Below, in pieces: positions 10,945 to 22,562 of a stretch of DNA of 64,000 nt. The DNA comes from Octopus sinensis (Eukaryota), in contig NC_043000.1 in the NCBI RefSeq assembly GCF_006345805.1, positions 7,502,001-7,566,000 on the forward strand, written 5' to 3'. Under the pieces are notes generated by a model. It searched no databases, was not told where the DNA came from, and was given only the letters and a program-made list of their open reading frames with translations. Within the stretch, counting starts at the first letter, position 1. Each line of letters starts with the position of its first letter. The position numbers were made by a program, and so were the translations under genes.

Positions 10945-11355
10945 TAATAACAAAGGGTGAAATTAATTAATTAAGAATAATCAGTAATTTCACCAAGTAG
11001 AATTCGGCATGAAAAGGACCATTTCATGGTAAGTTTAAGTAATACTATATAATTAGGGTTCAGCAACAATTGCTTCACCACATACCGAAGTTTAGAATAG
11101 CAGTCAAAAAATCTTAGCTATTCCTTCTACTTAAAGGGAGTCCCAGAAAAACCCAAGCACTTGAAAAACAACAACGCAGGCAAAAGGAATTTTCGTCATT
11201 TTTTCCCTTTTGCCTGTGTTGGTTTGTTTTCAAGTGCTTTTGGTTTTTCTGGGAACTCCCTTTAAATTAGAAGGAAAAGCTATAAGATTTTTTGACTGCT
11301 ATTTCTAAACTTCGGTATATGGTGAAGCAAATCGTTTGTGCTGAACCCTAATTAT
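10945..11355 (-). mobile_element. PLE-type remnant forming a ~307-bp near-perfect palindrome (11049-11355) plus an unpaired extension
   Basis: Arms of about 140 bp with a spacer of about 20 nt. Same family as 8905-9320. Confidence 0.7.
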
Positions 11356-11394
11356 TATAGTATATATATATATATATATAATATAGATATATAT

Positions 11395-11615
11395 ATATAT
11401 GTATGTGTGTGTATATGTTTGTGTGTCTGTGTTTGTTCCCCCAACATCACTTGACAACCAATGGTGGTGTGTTTACGTCCCCCGTAACTTAGCAGTTCGG
11501 CAAAAGAGGCCAATAGAATAAGTACTAGGCTTACAAAGAATAAGTCCTGGGGTCGATTTGCTCGACTAAAGGCGGTGCTCCAGCATGGTGCAATCAACTG
11601 ACTGAAACAAGTAAA
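11395..11615 (+). mobile_element. Family B SINE 3' half
   Basis: tttgttccccc...gtttacgtccccgtaacttag...gactaaaggcggtgctccagcatg...gactgaaacaagtaaa. Confidence 0.85.
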
Positions 11616-11704
11616 GAGTATAGTCTCAGGCTGACCAAATCCTTGTGAGTGAGTTTGATGGAAGAAAACTATATGAAAGCCTAATGTGTGTGTGTGTGTG
11701 TGTG

Positions 11705-12535
11705 TGTATGTGTCACTATTTTGTTTTATTTCAAGACTTCTTGCCAATAGAGAAAGAGCTGGTTTCTAACCTAAATCCAAGGCACTTTCATGGGAATTTC
11801 ACCAACATCAGTGGGGTATTTTTGTATGTATATATATGTATGTATATACTCTTTATTCTTTTACTCTTTTATTTGTTTCAGTCATTTGACTGTGGCCATA
11901 CTGGAGCACTGCCTTTAGTCGAGCAAATCGACCCCGGGACTTATTCTTTGTAAGCCGAGTACTTATTCTATCAGTCTCTTTTGCCGAATCGCTAAGATAC
12001 GGGGACATAAACACATCAGCATCAGTTGTCAAGTGATGTTGGGGGGACAAACACTGATACACAAACATATACACACCATATATATATGTATATACACAAT
12101 GGGCTTCTTTCAGTTTCCGTCTACCAAATCCACTCACAAGGCTTCGGTCGGCCTGAGGTTGAAGACACTTGCCCAACGTGCCACGCAGTGGGACTGAACC
12201 AGGAACCATATGGTTTGTAAGCAAGCTTCTTACCACACAGCCACTCCTACGCCTATATGTGCAGATTTATACATTTTGTTTTATGTATGTATTCTCATGC
12301 ATATAGTTGCCTATCAAGACACTCATATATACTTAATTAATAAACTTCTGGAAAGTTTTACAGATTTTTTCAGTTCTAGTGATGGACTAGATTTGTAGTC
12401 TTTGAATCAGCTTTCTCCTTTCTGGTTTTGAGAAGTCTAATTTTTCAAGATTGGCATTTAGGCAGTGTGTTACATATCCCAGTGCCTCAATAATTACTGG
12501 TAAAAACCTGAACTTGTAATCTGGATGGAGATGTA
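11705..12535 (-). mobile_element. 3' end of a restriction-like-endonuclease (RLE) non-LTR retrotransposon, interrupted by a SINE
   Basis: PDYKFRFLPVIIEALGYV..NLEKLDFSK.ERRKLIQRLQI, homologous to 39541-40012. The distal UTR resumes at 11705-11830 beyond the SINE. Confidence 0.65.
11850..12265 (-). mobile_element. Full-length family B SINE (tRNA head, CORE-like segment, internal microsatellite, AAAAGAGT tail)
   Basis: Complete collinear match to 22563-23018. Confidence 0.9.
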
Positions 12536-12549
12536 TGTATCTATCTGTG

Positions 12550-13230
12550 AGTATGTGTTTGTCCCTCATCCATTGCTTGACAATTGGTGTTGGTTTGTTT
12601 ATGTCCCTGTAACTTAGTGGCTTGGCAAAAGAGACCGAGAGAATAAGTACTAGGCTTACAAAAGAACATAAATATTGGTAATAATCTGCTTGACTGAAAC
12701 TCTTCAAGGTGGTGCTCCAGCATGGCTACAGTCCAATGACTGAAACAAGTGAAAGAATAAAAGATATATATAAAATAAAGTGGCTGTGTGGTAAGAAGTT
12801 TACTTCCCAACCACATGGTTCTGGGTTAAGTTCCACTATGTGGCACCATGGTAAGTGTCTTCTACTAAAGGCTCAAGCTGACCAAAGCCCAGCCTTGTGA
12901 GTGGATTTGGTAGATGGAAACTGAAAGAAACCTGTGATATCTATATATAGTCAATAAAACATATGTTAGAAGAGAAGCACACTCTGAAGAATGGAGCAGT
13001 AATTATTAAAACAAAAGGTAAAATTCTGGTTATAGAGTGTGTGTGTGTGTTTGTCTCCCATCACCACTTGGCAACCAGTGTTTGTGTGTTTATGTCCCCA
13101 TAACTTAGCAGTTCGGCAAGAGAGACTGATAGAATAAGTACTAGGCTTGAAAAAATAAGTCCTGGGGTTGACTTGTTCGACTAAAGACCCTTTAAGGCAG
13201 TGCTCCAGCATGGCCACAAGTAAAAGAATA
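12550..13230 (+). mobile_element. Cluster of three diverged family B SINE pieces (3' half, 5' half, 3' half)
   Basis: Family motifs at about 12550-12765, 12775-12935 and 13045-13230. Confidence 0.75.
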
Positions 13231-13269
13231 AAATGATGATGATGATGAGCTCATAGTGGGGGTTTTTCA

Positions 13270-13415
13270 TTTAGAGCTGAATGGACTGGAGCAACAAGAA
13301 ATAAAGGGTGAAGTGTTTTGCTGAAGAACACAATGGACCATCTGGTCTGGGAACTGAAACCTTGATCTTGCGATTGTGAGCGCAACACCCTAATCACTAA
13401 GCTATGTACCCTCAC
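13270..13415 (-). mobile_element. tRNA-derived SINE (family E), diverged
   Basis: Reverse complement has head tagcttagtgattagggtgttg..ggtttcagttccc and gtgttcttcagcaaaacactt. Confidence 0.7.
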
Positions 13416-13729
13416 TAGTACATTACAGGTCCTTGTTTTATCTAGTATGGAAAGGAGAAACAGTAAAATGTACACAGGTTGGATTTGAAATCAGAATGTG
13501 ATGGGACTGACTGAACACCAAAAGGTATTGGGTGCAGAGCTTTGCTGTTCCATCAGTTTTGCTGAAGATTAAATATTTGCACAAATGGATGGGTTTTCTG
13601 AACCCCCCCCCCAAAAAAAAAACAAAACAAAACAACAACAAAAAAAAACATAATCATTCTATTTCAGTTTGGGAGGCTGTTGTGCATTTTAATGATAACT
13701 TAAGAAATATCATTTCAGAGCTCTTACTG

Positions 13730-13752
13730 TTTCATATAATAATAATAATAAT

Positions 13753-13793
<41 letters not shown>

Positions 13794-13832
13794 TTTTATA
13801 CAATGAATGATGATAATATTGTTTCATATAAC

Positions 13833-13870
<38 letters not shown>

Positions 13871-13922
13871 TAATAATAATAATAATAATGTTTTATATAA
13901 TGAATGATGATAATATTGTTTC

Positions 13923-13967
<45 letters not shown>

Positions 13968-13985
13968 TGATGATGATGATGACAA
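13730..13985. repeat. Compound (AAT)n microsatellite with a duplicated ~40-bp unique spacer
   Basis: aatgttttata(c/t)aatgaatgatgataatattgtttcatataa occurs twice between AAT runs. Confidence 0.9.
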
Positions 13986-14544
13986 CAGCAACAACAGGAA
14001 CAAGGATTTGAAATCAATAATTATCAACCTGAAATTTTAATCCCTTTTCCCTTTTCACAATTCCTCCAAATAATGCTTCTGCTATCAGTCCTTTTTTTTT
14101 TTGCTGTTTTCTTTCACCATATTTGAATTCCAATTATTATGAGCTGTCTTCTTTTATATTGCAAAGTAAGAAAATAAAACAAAACAAAAATCCCCTCCAA
14201 AACTCAGTATGTAAAATCCAAATTATAGAACAGTAGTGTTATCACTTATATAAAAGGTTCTCGCATTCCCTTTTCTTTCTGCTTTATTTGGGAAGAATTT
14301 TCTTTTTAAAGTGTTTCAATAGATAAATTTAATGAATATAAATTTAAAGGTATGGATTATTGAAAGAATTGGTGGGAGGGAAAATATAATGAAGAAAAGA
14401 AATGTCCCTCTACCAAACCCTAAAAAAGATGAGTGTGCAGTTAAGAAGCTTGCTGTGCAACCATATGGTTTTGGGTTCAGTCCTATTGCACAGAACGTTG
14501 GCTAACCAATACCTTATGAGTGAATTTGGTTGAAGGAAACTGTG

Positions 14545-15560
14545 GAACCCTGGCCCTGCTTGATATGTAGAAAATATGTTGGGGGAAACTTCATAAGGTG
14601 CATCCAGTGCAAGCTATGGACTCATAAGAGGTGCAGCAGTATCACTGGAAGACAAACAGAAAGTAGTTTTTACATTTGGCAGATGTATTGGGTTATCCGG
14701 AAAGTTTGTGCCGATTTATAGTAGCTTACCTTTCGACTTACCCTCCCAGGCACCTCAATTCTGGGAAGAGGGTATTTTCAACTTAAAGGAAAGATGGAGA
14801 CACATTGTGCAACAAAATGGTTCATATTTGGTTGATTAAAAATGCAATGGTAAGTATTTATTGACCTTTTTCTTTCCTTTAAAAATCAGCATGAACTTTC
14901 CGGACAGCCCAATACAAGTACACATCAAGAATGTACAAAAAATAGACTCTCTCAAATGTCAGAGGAGATCCTTAGAAGTAGTAGACAGTTTTCATTACTT
15001 AGGTAACCAAGTTAGTAGTGGGGGAGGTCGTTCTGAGAGCATAGCTGCTAGAATAAGAATTGGCTGGGCAAAGTTCAGAGAAATACTTACCTCTGTTGGT
15101 AACGAAGGGCCTCTCCCTCAATGAAAGGCAGATTATATGATGCCTGTGTATGAACAGTTATGCTTCATGGCAGTGAGGTAAGGGCTCTGTGATTACTGAG
15201 GGTATGCAAAGGCTTGAAAGAAATGAAACCAGTAAGCACTGATGGATGGGTAATGTCAGTCTGCGTGTATGACAGAGTGTAAGTGACTTGAGAGAGAAAC
15301 TGGGTTTACAAGGCACCAGATGCAGCATGCAAGAGAGAAGACTGCATTGGTATGGCCATGTGATATGTGTAAATGAAGACAACTGCATCAAAAGGTGCCA
15401 GTTTCAAATTGTAGAGGGAACATGTGGAAAGGGTAGACCCAGGAAGACATGGGGCAAAGTGGTAAGAAAGGATCTAAGTATGTTGGAATTCACAGAGGGG
15501 ATGACAGGGGACTGAGACTCCCAGTGGTTTGCTGTGCTTGAAAAGACACGTCACGCTAAG
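14545..15560 (+). mobile_element. Diverged RTE LINE fragment (PHD-like finger and C-terminus), interrupted by a mariner MITE
   Basis: WPCLICRKYVGGNFIRCIQCKLWTHKRC, then LEVVDSFHYLG..ARIRIGWAKFRE, RRLHWYGHV and GKGRPRKTW. Frameshifts and stops are present. Confidence 0.9.
14688..14912 (+). mobile_element. Mariner-derived MITE (225 bp) with TA target duplication
   Basis: TIRs ttgggttatccggaaagtt / aactttccggacagcccaa, TA at 14686-87 and 14913-14, and a residual transposase end RWRHIVQQNGSYLVD*. Confidence 0.9.
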
Positions 15561-15639
15561 TAGAAGCCTGGTTGTCCTTACATTCAGGCTATTTCCTGTA
15601 TCCCTCTCAAGCTGGGCATTCCTAACTTTGTGGGCTCAT

Positions 15640-16935
15640 TATTTTTCGAGCAAACATTAGTTCTGCAGGCGACCAACCTGAGGAAGTGTTTAGGTCTGGT
15701 GTTATCCTATAAATATTTCTTTACTACCCACAAGGGGCTAAACAGAGAGGGGACAAACAAGGACAGACAAAGGGAATAAGTCAATTACATCGACCCCAGT
15801 GCGTAACTGGTACTTAATTTATCGACCATGAAAGGATGAAAGGCAAAGTCGACCTTGGCAGAATTTGAACTCGGAATGTAATGACAGACGAAATACGGCT
15901 ACGCATTTTGCCTGGCGTGCTAACGTTTCTGCCAGCTCAAAAACCCTCAAGAATTGTGTCAATGCTGCGTCATCAACTAGCTTGTTTCTTGACTTCTTTA
16001 ATGCTCTTTTAAATGTATCTGTGAACCTTTCCACTTGCCTGTTTGATCTTGGGTGATATTGAGGAGTAGTGATATGTTCAATTGAGTACATCTTGCAAAA
16101 ATTCTTAAATTCATTTGGTGTGAATAGTGTACCATTATCGGAGACTATGGTTTCCGGGACACCATACCTAGCAAAAAGTTTGTGTAGAAATTCCACTGTT
16201 ACCGTTGATGTTGGTTTTCTACATTTACATATTTCTGGCCATTTAGTAAAGTTATCTACCACAATTAGATAATATGAACAGTTTAACGGTCCTGTGAAGT
16301 CTATGTGTAGTCTGGACCATGGAATATTGGTCTTGGGCCAAGGCTGAAATTTTATAGGTCATGATTTCGCTGCAAGAGCACAACTTCTGCAGGATTTTAC
16401 CAACTTCTCAATATCTAGATCCATTTTTGGCCAGTAAACATAACTCCTCATAAATGACTTCATCCTAGAAATTCCTGGATGTCCAGTGTGGAATTCCTTT
16501 AGTGAGGTAGGCATTATGACCCTCTGTGCATACATAAACACATTATCACATATTGAATACAAATTTGAAACTGTTATGTCCAACTACACATATTTTTTTA
16601 TTTGTTTCAGCTGATCTCCTATTTTCTTTTGATTTTTATGATAAACTCATCCGTCTCTGCCTTAATTTTTATTTCCTCCAATGTCACAGGCAATTCGTGC
16701 ACAACATTGCACAACATATTTTTTATTTCATTTTCGACTTTTAACACTGCTATCTTTATGTCTTCTAGCGGTTCACTGTATTTTGGTATTAATCTTGACA
16801 AACCATCTGCATGTCCCCATTTTTTCGATGGCAAATACTCCATTTTCAAGTCAAAAGTAAGCAGTGTCTTATGTGATTCTGTGATTCTGATACTTTTTGG
16901 TCATTTTTCATGTGAATTAAAAAAGAACCACAGAA
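15640..16935 (-). mobile_element. Ty3/Gypsy pol remnant: RNase H end, HHCC finger, integrase core
   Basis: GHADGLSRL, HTGHPGISRMKSFMRSYVYWP..VKSCRSC, PWSRLHIDFTGP, VDNFTKWPE, FARYGVPETIVSDNG, YHPRSN.QVERF, and YRITP..SPAELMFARKI beyond the SINE. Confidence 0.92.
15714..15937 (-). mobile_element. Family A SINE inserted into the Gypsy integrase
   Basis: Reverse complement match to 7250-7474. It splits FLRV|YRIT. Confidence 0.9.
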
Positions 16936-17599
16936 GAAGCAAAATATGGTCAATTGGTGATTTAGAACTAACCACTACGCTTCTGAGTTGATGTAGAATA
17001 TTCTATTTACTAGAGTTGCACTAGTTGTAATAAAACAAATGTATTAATAGCTACTTGGTGCTTGGTGCAACATCTTTGAACTTTTATGAATATGAAAATC
17101 CAGTGTCAAGTCTGTGCAAAAGCATACAAACCACATCACTCACATAAAAGAAGGGGCAAAAAAGCAAAAAAAGAAAACCCAAAACAACCAGCAGTCCTAG
17201 GAAACCGTGGAACACATCAGCATGAAATGTGGACTCGCATAAAAGTTCACAGCAGACTTGTCATCCCATTTCTGATATTGCAAATATTCCATTAGCTTCC
17301 AACTACCATATATATTTTTTACAAACCTGCACCGTTTCTTACTCTACTTCCTCCCCTCCACCTCTGCTTTCTTCTCACCTGCGATATATTTCCATCATTT
17401 CATGCTTTCCTTATTCACTGTGTCTTTACTACTTTTACTCCTTCACCTCTTGGTGTATTTTATTCTACTTTTGCATCGTTTCCTTTTGCTGCCATCGACA
17501 ATGAACTGTTTCCATGCAATGCATTTTCAACATCTGTCGGAAAGAAACACGCATACCAATTATTAATTAGTATCATGCCTCCGTTGTGAGAAACCATCA

Positions 17600-17774
17600 G
17601 ATATATAAACTGATATATATATGTGTGTGTGTGTATATAATGTATATATATATATATATATATATATATGCATACATGTATATATGTATATGTGTATATA
17701 TATGTATACATGTGTATATATATATATGTGTGTATATATATGTATACATATGTATATATATATATGTATATATG

Positions 17775-17807
<33 letters not shown>

Positions 17808-18175
17808 ATATATGTGTATATATATATATGTATATATATATGTGTATATATATATATGTATATATATATGTGTATATATATATATATACACATATATATA
17901 TATATACATACATACACACTCACACTTGTGTGTATGTGTATGTACATGTCTCTCTCTCTCTCTCTCTCTATATACTATATATATATATATATATATATAT
18001 TTGTATATGTGTTTATGTATGTATTATTTATGTGTGTCTGTATATACTTACAGATACATACACACATATACCACATACACATGCACTCATGTAATAGGCT
18101 TATATGCATCTATATACACACACACACATACATAAATACACACATGCATACTTGCATGTGTAACACATACGTGCT
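17600..18175. repeat. Compound (TA)/(TG)/(TC)/(CA) microsatellite
   Basis: Direct inspection. Confidence 0.95.
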
Positions 18176-18479
18176 TATGTACAAAAAAAAAAATAGAATT
18201 TCTGTATTAATTTTTTCCCATTCTACCTTGAGTAAGATGGTTTTTGCAAGTTTTGATAGTTGCATGTTTGGAACAGTTGACTTTATTTCCATTATTAAAT
18301 CCTGGCAGTGAGGGTTTTATGGGTGTATAAATATGCACAGGCATTGCTATGTAGTTAAGATGTTTATTTCCCAACCACATGGTTTCAGGTTCTGTTCCAC
18401 CGTGTGGCGCCTTGAGCAAATGTCTTCTATTAGAGTTCTGATCTGAAGAAAGCCTTGTGAGAGAATTTAAAACAGAAAA

Positions 18480-19080
18480 GAGAAGTAAAGTTACCTTGTT
18501 GAGTCATGGAAACTCATTAGGGTTGGTTTCTCAGTTTCCCTACCTGGACAGGATGTCCCAAGATTACTCATTTTTGCCAACTGAGTGGACTGGGGTGATA
18601 TGAAATGAAGTGTTTTGCTCAAGAACACAACGCATCACCTGATTCAGGAATTGAAACCACAATCTTGCGATCATAAATCCAACACCCTAACCACTATGCC
18701 ATGTGCCTCCACTAAAAAAAAGGTAAAGTTAGCTTCGTGAGTTATACTGACTCTTAAGTACTGGTTTCCTGGTTTCAATGATGTATATATTCCCCACCTG
18801 GACAGGGCAATGGCTCATTGTAGGATTACTTATTTTTGCCAGCTGAGTGGACTGGAACAATGTGAAATGAAGTGTTTTGCTCACGAACATAATGCATTAC
18901 CTGGTCCAGGAACTGAAACCACAATCTTATGGTCATGAGTCCAACACCCCAACCACTAAGCCATGTGCCTCCACTAAAAAAAAAAAAAAAAGGTAAAGTT
19001 ACCTTCTTGAATCATACTGACTCATAAGTGCTGGTTTCCTAGTTTCGATGACGTATATATTCCCAACTTGGACGGCATGT
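18480..19080 (-). mobile_element. Tandem head-to-tail family E SINE copies (about 2.5 units of ~245 bp)
   Basis: ccatgtgcctccactaaaaa..ggtaaagtta recurs at about 18700 and 18960, each preceded by the same body. Confidence 0.85.
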
Positions 19081-19379
19081 GTCTCCACTGTGAGAGAATT
19101 TGGTAGGTGGAAACTGAAAGAAACCTGTTATATGTATGTATGTGTGTTCTCTGGTGCATGTGTGTGCATTTGTGGTTCTACATCTTGACATTGCATGATA
19201 GTTGTAAAAAAAGTGTCACTGTCATACACAGGCATGGCCAGTAGTTAAGATGTTGGCTTCCAAATCACACTGTTTCAGGTTCTGTCTCACTGTGAAGCAC
19301 CTTGGGCAAGTGTGCTCTATCATAGCTCTAAGCTAGTGAAAGCCTTGGAAACTGAAAGATGCCTGTTACATGTATATAT

Positions 19380-19630
19380 GGCACGTAAAAAACACCATTT
19401 CGAGCATGGCCGTTGCCGGTACCACCTGACTGGCCCTCGTGCAGGTGGCACGCAAAAGCACCCACTACACTCTCGGAGTGGTTGGCGTTAGGAAGGGCAT
19501 CCAGCAGTAGAAACACTGCCAGATCAGATTGGAGCCTGGCGCAGCCATCTGGTTCGCCATTCCTCAGTCAAATCGTCCAACCCATGCTAGCATGGAAAGT
19601 GGATGTTAAACGATGATGATGATGAGGATG
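19380..19630 (+). mobile_element. RTE 3'-tail element
   Basis: One 60-bp unit, the conserved tail and (gat)n. Confidence 0.85.
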
Positions 19631-20169
19631 ATGTATGTGTGTGCTCTGGTGAATGTGTGTGTGTTTGTGGCTTTTCATCTTGACATTATGTGATAGTTGT
19701 AAAACAAATATCACTGTCATACAAGCAGTGTCGCTTGTTTCCAATCTTCCATAAAAATACACCTGGCCATGTGAAATATTACCTTACTTGGGAGCAGGTG
19801 AGGTTTGGGAGGCAATGAGAAGGGCATTAAGCTGTAGAAAATCTTCAACAAATTCTGTTCAATTAGTGAATGCATGGAAAAAAGGATGTCAAAATGATGA
19901 CGATGACACATACATACATTTGTATGTCTTTTACTTATTTCATGTCATTAGACTGTGGCCATGCTGGGGCACTGCCTTGAAAAGTTTTAGTGAAATGAAT
20001 TGACCTCAGTGGTTATTTTTTTTAAAGCCTGGTACTTATTCTATCAGTCTCTTTTGCTGAACCTCTATGTTACGGGGGTATAAATACACCAGCATTTGTT
20101 GTCAAGCAGTGGTGAGTGACAAACACAAGTATAAAGACACACACACATACATACATACACGTGTATATA

Positions 20170-20480
20170 TATCATCATCATCATCATCATCACCATCATC
20201 ATCGTTTAATGTCTGCCTTCCATGCAGTCATGGGTTGGATGGTTTGACAGGAACCAGCCAGGTATAAGACTACAACAGGCTACTGTGTCTGTCTTGGCAG
20301 AGTTTTATGGCTGGATGCCCTTCCTAACACCAACCACTCTGCAAAGAAGACTAAATGCTTTCTACATGGTACCAACGCAGACGATGTCAGTTTTGGCATG
20401 ATTTTTACAGCTGGATGCCCTTCCAAATGCCAACCACTTTACAGTGTGGACCAGATGCTTTTTACGTGGCACCAGCTCTT
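20170..20480 (-). mobile_element. Older RTE 3'-tail element
   Basis: (cat)n tail and two ggatgcccttcc motifs. Confidence 0.75.
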
Positions 20481-20709
20481 AAGTAGTGCTGGTGCCATTC
20501 TGCTAAGTGGTTGGTAGGAAAGGCATCCCGTCACAGAAAGCAAGTCAAAATGTTTTCCAACCCATCTAAGAGGGTAAGAACTAATTCAGACTGTACTATC
20601 CAGACCATGCTATCATGGAAAGCAGATGTAAAGTGACTATGAGGACGATGATATATTTATATTTGTGTGTATGTGTGTGTATGTGTGTGTGTTTGTGTGT
20701 ATCTGTGTG

Positions 20710-20744
<35 letters not shown>

Positions 20745-20784
20745 GTGTGTGTGTGTGTTTGTGTATTATGTATATTGTGTTGCT

Positions 20785-21050
20785 GGTGGCACGTAAAAAA
20801 CAATCTGAATGTGGCCAATGCCAGCGTTGCTGTTGCCAGCCTCCTTTGGCCCCTGTCCGGCGGCATGTAAAAAGCACCCTCTACACTCATGGAGTGGTTG
20901 GCATTAGGAAGGGCATCCAGCTGTAGAAACTCTGCTAGATCAGACTGGAGCCTGGTGCAGTCTCCTGACTTCCCAGACCCTGGTCAAACCGTCCAACCCA
21001 AGCTAGCATGGAAAACGGACGTTAAATGATGATGTTTATGATGATGATGA
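20785..21050 (+). mobile_element. RTE 3'-tail element
   Basis: Conserved tail motifs and (gat)n. Confidence 0.85.
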
Positions 21051-21078
21051 TATATATACACATACACACATACAGACA

Positions 21079-21160
<82 letters not shown>

Positions 21161-21185
21161 GTTTGGTCTTTTTCCCTTGTTTCAG

Positions 21186-21235
21186 ATTGTTTTTGGTAAA
21201 GTTAATGCCGAAAAAGAAGAGGCTCTCAGATCTGA
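21186..21235 (+). CDS. Candidate isolated 50-nt host exon (product uncertain)
   Basis: Acceptor tttggtctttttcccttgtttcag| and donor GA|gtaagtat in non-repetitive DNA. Two frames are open: IVFGKVNAEKEEALRS(E) or ..MPKKKRLSDL. Confidence 0.4.
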
Positions 21236-22299
21236 GTAAGTATGATACATATCTAATTCCTACCACACACACATATCTTCACTCAAATGATATATATTAC
21301 ATTTATTTATTTGACAGTTGCTCAACGTAACTGTAATATGATTTTGAAAGGAATACACAGAATAGGAATCTATGCATATAAAACATAAATTTAAAAGCTA
21401 GATTATGCTTTTGTATGTATTTAATTATTGGCAACTATGGCTCTTTCAAAACATAGCACATGCAGGAAATAATGTCTCGTACTTTGAATGGAAGAACGGC
21501 CATGATTGTGTAAAGAATGTTTTCCATATTATCAACGTATACTCTGTATTACTAATGACAACATGGACCAATGAGTATAAAAAAAAAAGAGAAATAATGC
21601 CAACAATCATGATAATGACATTTCTTTTAACTGCACTCTATCACCCATTTCAAGGTTGTTAGAGAGAAAAACAAGATTATTGACAACATGTTGTTGCATT
21701 TGTAATACAAATTTGCTTTAACAATTTTGTGGTAAATTTTATTGCCATAGTAATATATCAAAATCACTGCTTTTGTTTCATATGTACATGTTTGTGTCTA
21801 TGTATGTACACACATACACACGCACACACACACACGCACACACACACACACACACACATCTTATCTCTTACTTGTTTCAGTGATTGGACTAGGGTCTTGC
21901 TGGGGGCACCACCTTGAAGTGTTTAGTTAAACTAATTGACCCCACTGATTATTTTTTTAAATCCTGGTACATATTCTGATGGTCTCTTTTGCCAAACGGT
22001 GACATAAACAAACCAACATCAGTTGTCATGTAGTTGTGTGGAGCAAACTTACACACACACACACACACACACACGTACACACACACACACACACAGACAT
22101 GATGACCTTTCAAACTATTTCCATGTACCGTATTCACTCACAAGCCATTGGCCAGCCTGGAATTATGTTAGAAGACGTTCTCCCTAGGTACAATGCAGTG
22201 GGACTGAGCCCAAAGCCATGTAGTTGCAAAGCTGGCTTCTCAATCACATAAGCCTATATATGCATGTGTGTGTGTGTGTGTGTGAGTAAATCATAAATC

Positions 22300-22534
22300 C
22301 TAAAGAGAAGCAAGCTCTAAGTTATAGAGCAGTAAAGTAATTAGATAAATTGGCTCGTCTATGGGGTTACCCAGGGTTTCATGTCCATAAAGCATTTAGC
22401 TTTAGAGTGTCTCTTCAGACCCTAATGGCTGATGGCTTCACTTTGAAGAGTGATTATAGGCCACCAGCCATTAGAGCCTCAAGAGACGCTGTAAAGTCAA
22501 GTGCTTTATGGATATGAAGCCCTGGGTAATCCCA
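22300..22534. mobile_element. Palindromic hammerhead-bearing element (arms 22362-22534) with an unpaired left extension
   Basis: Arms are imperfectly complementary, and the element is homologous to 28640-28905. Both share the upstream gagaagca..ctctaag..tagagcagt motif. Confidence 0.7.
22364..22422 (-). ncRNA. Type I hammerhead motif with intact catalytic core
   Basis: GGGT CTGAAGA g acactcTAAAGC taaat GCTTTAtggacat GAAA CCC t GGG TA ACCC. Stem I (4 bp), stem III and the UA site are present; the base of stem II is mismatched. Confidence 0.6.
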
Positions 22535-22562
22535 CAACTATATCTTATATATATATATAAAT

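Noticed and set aside
17460-18311. Long IY/TH/CV-rich ORFs (also 25844-26259, 27081-27389, 37171-37767, 46879-47112)
   Set aside because: They are translations of stop-free dinucleotide microsatellites, open in several frames and on both strands.
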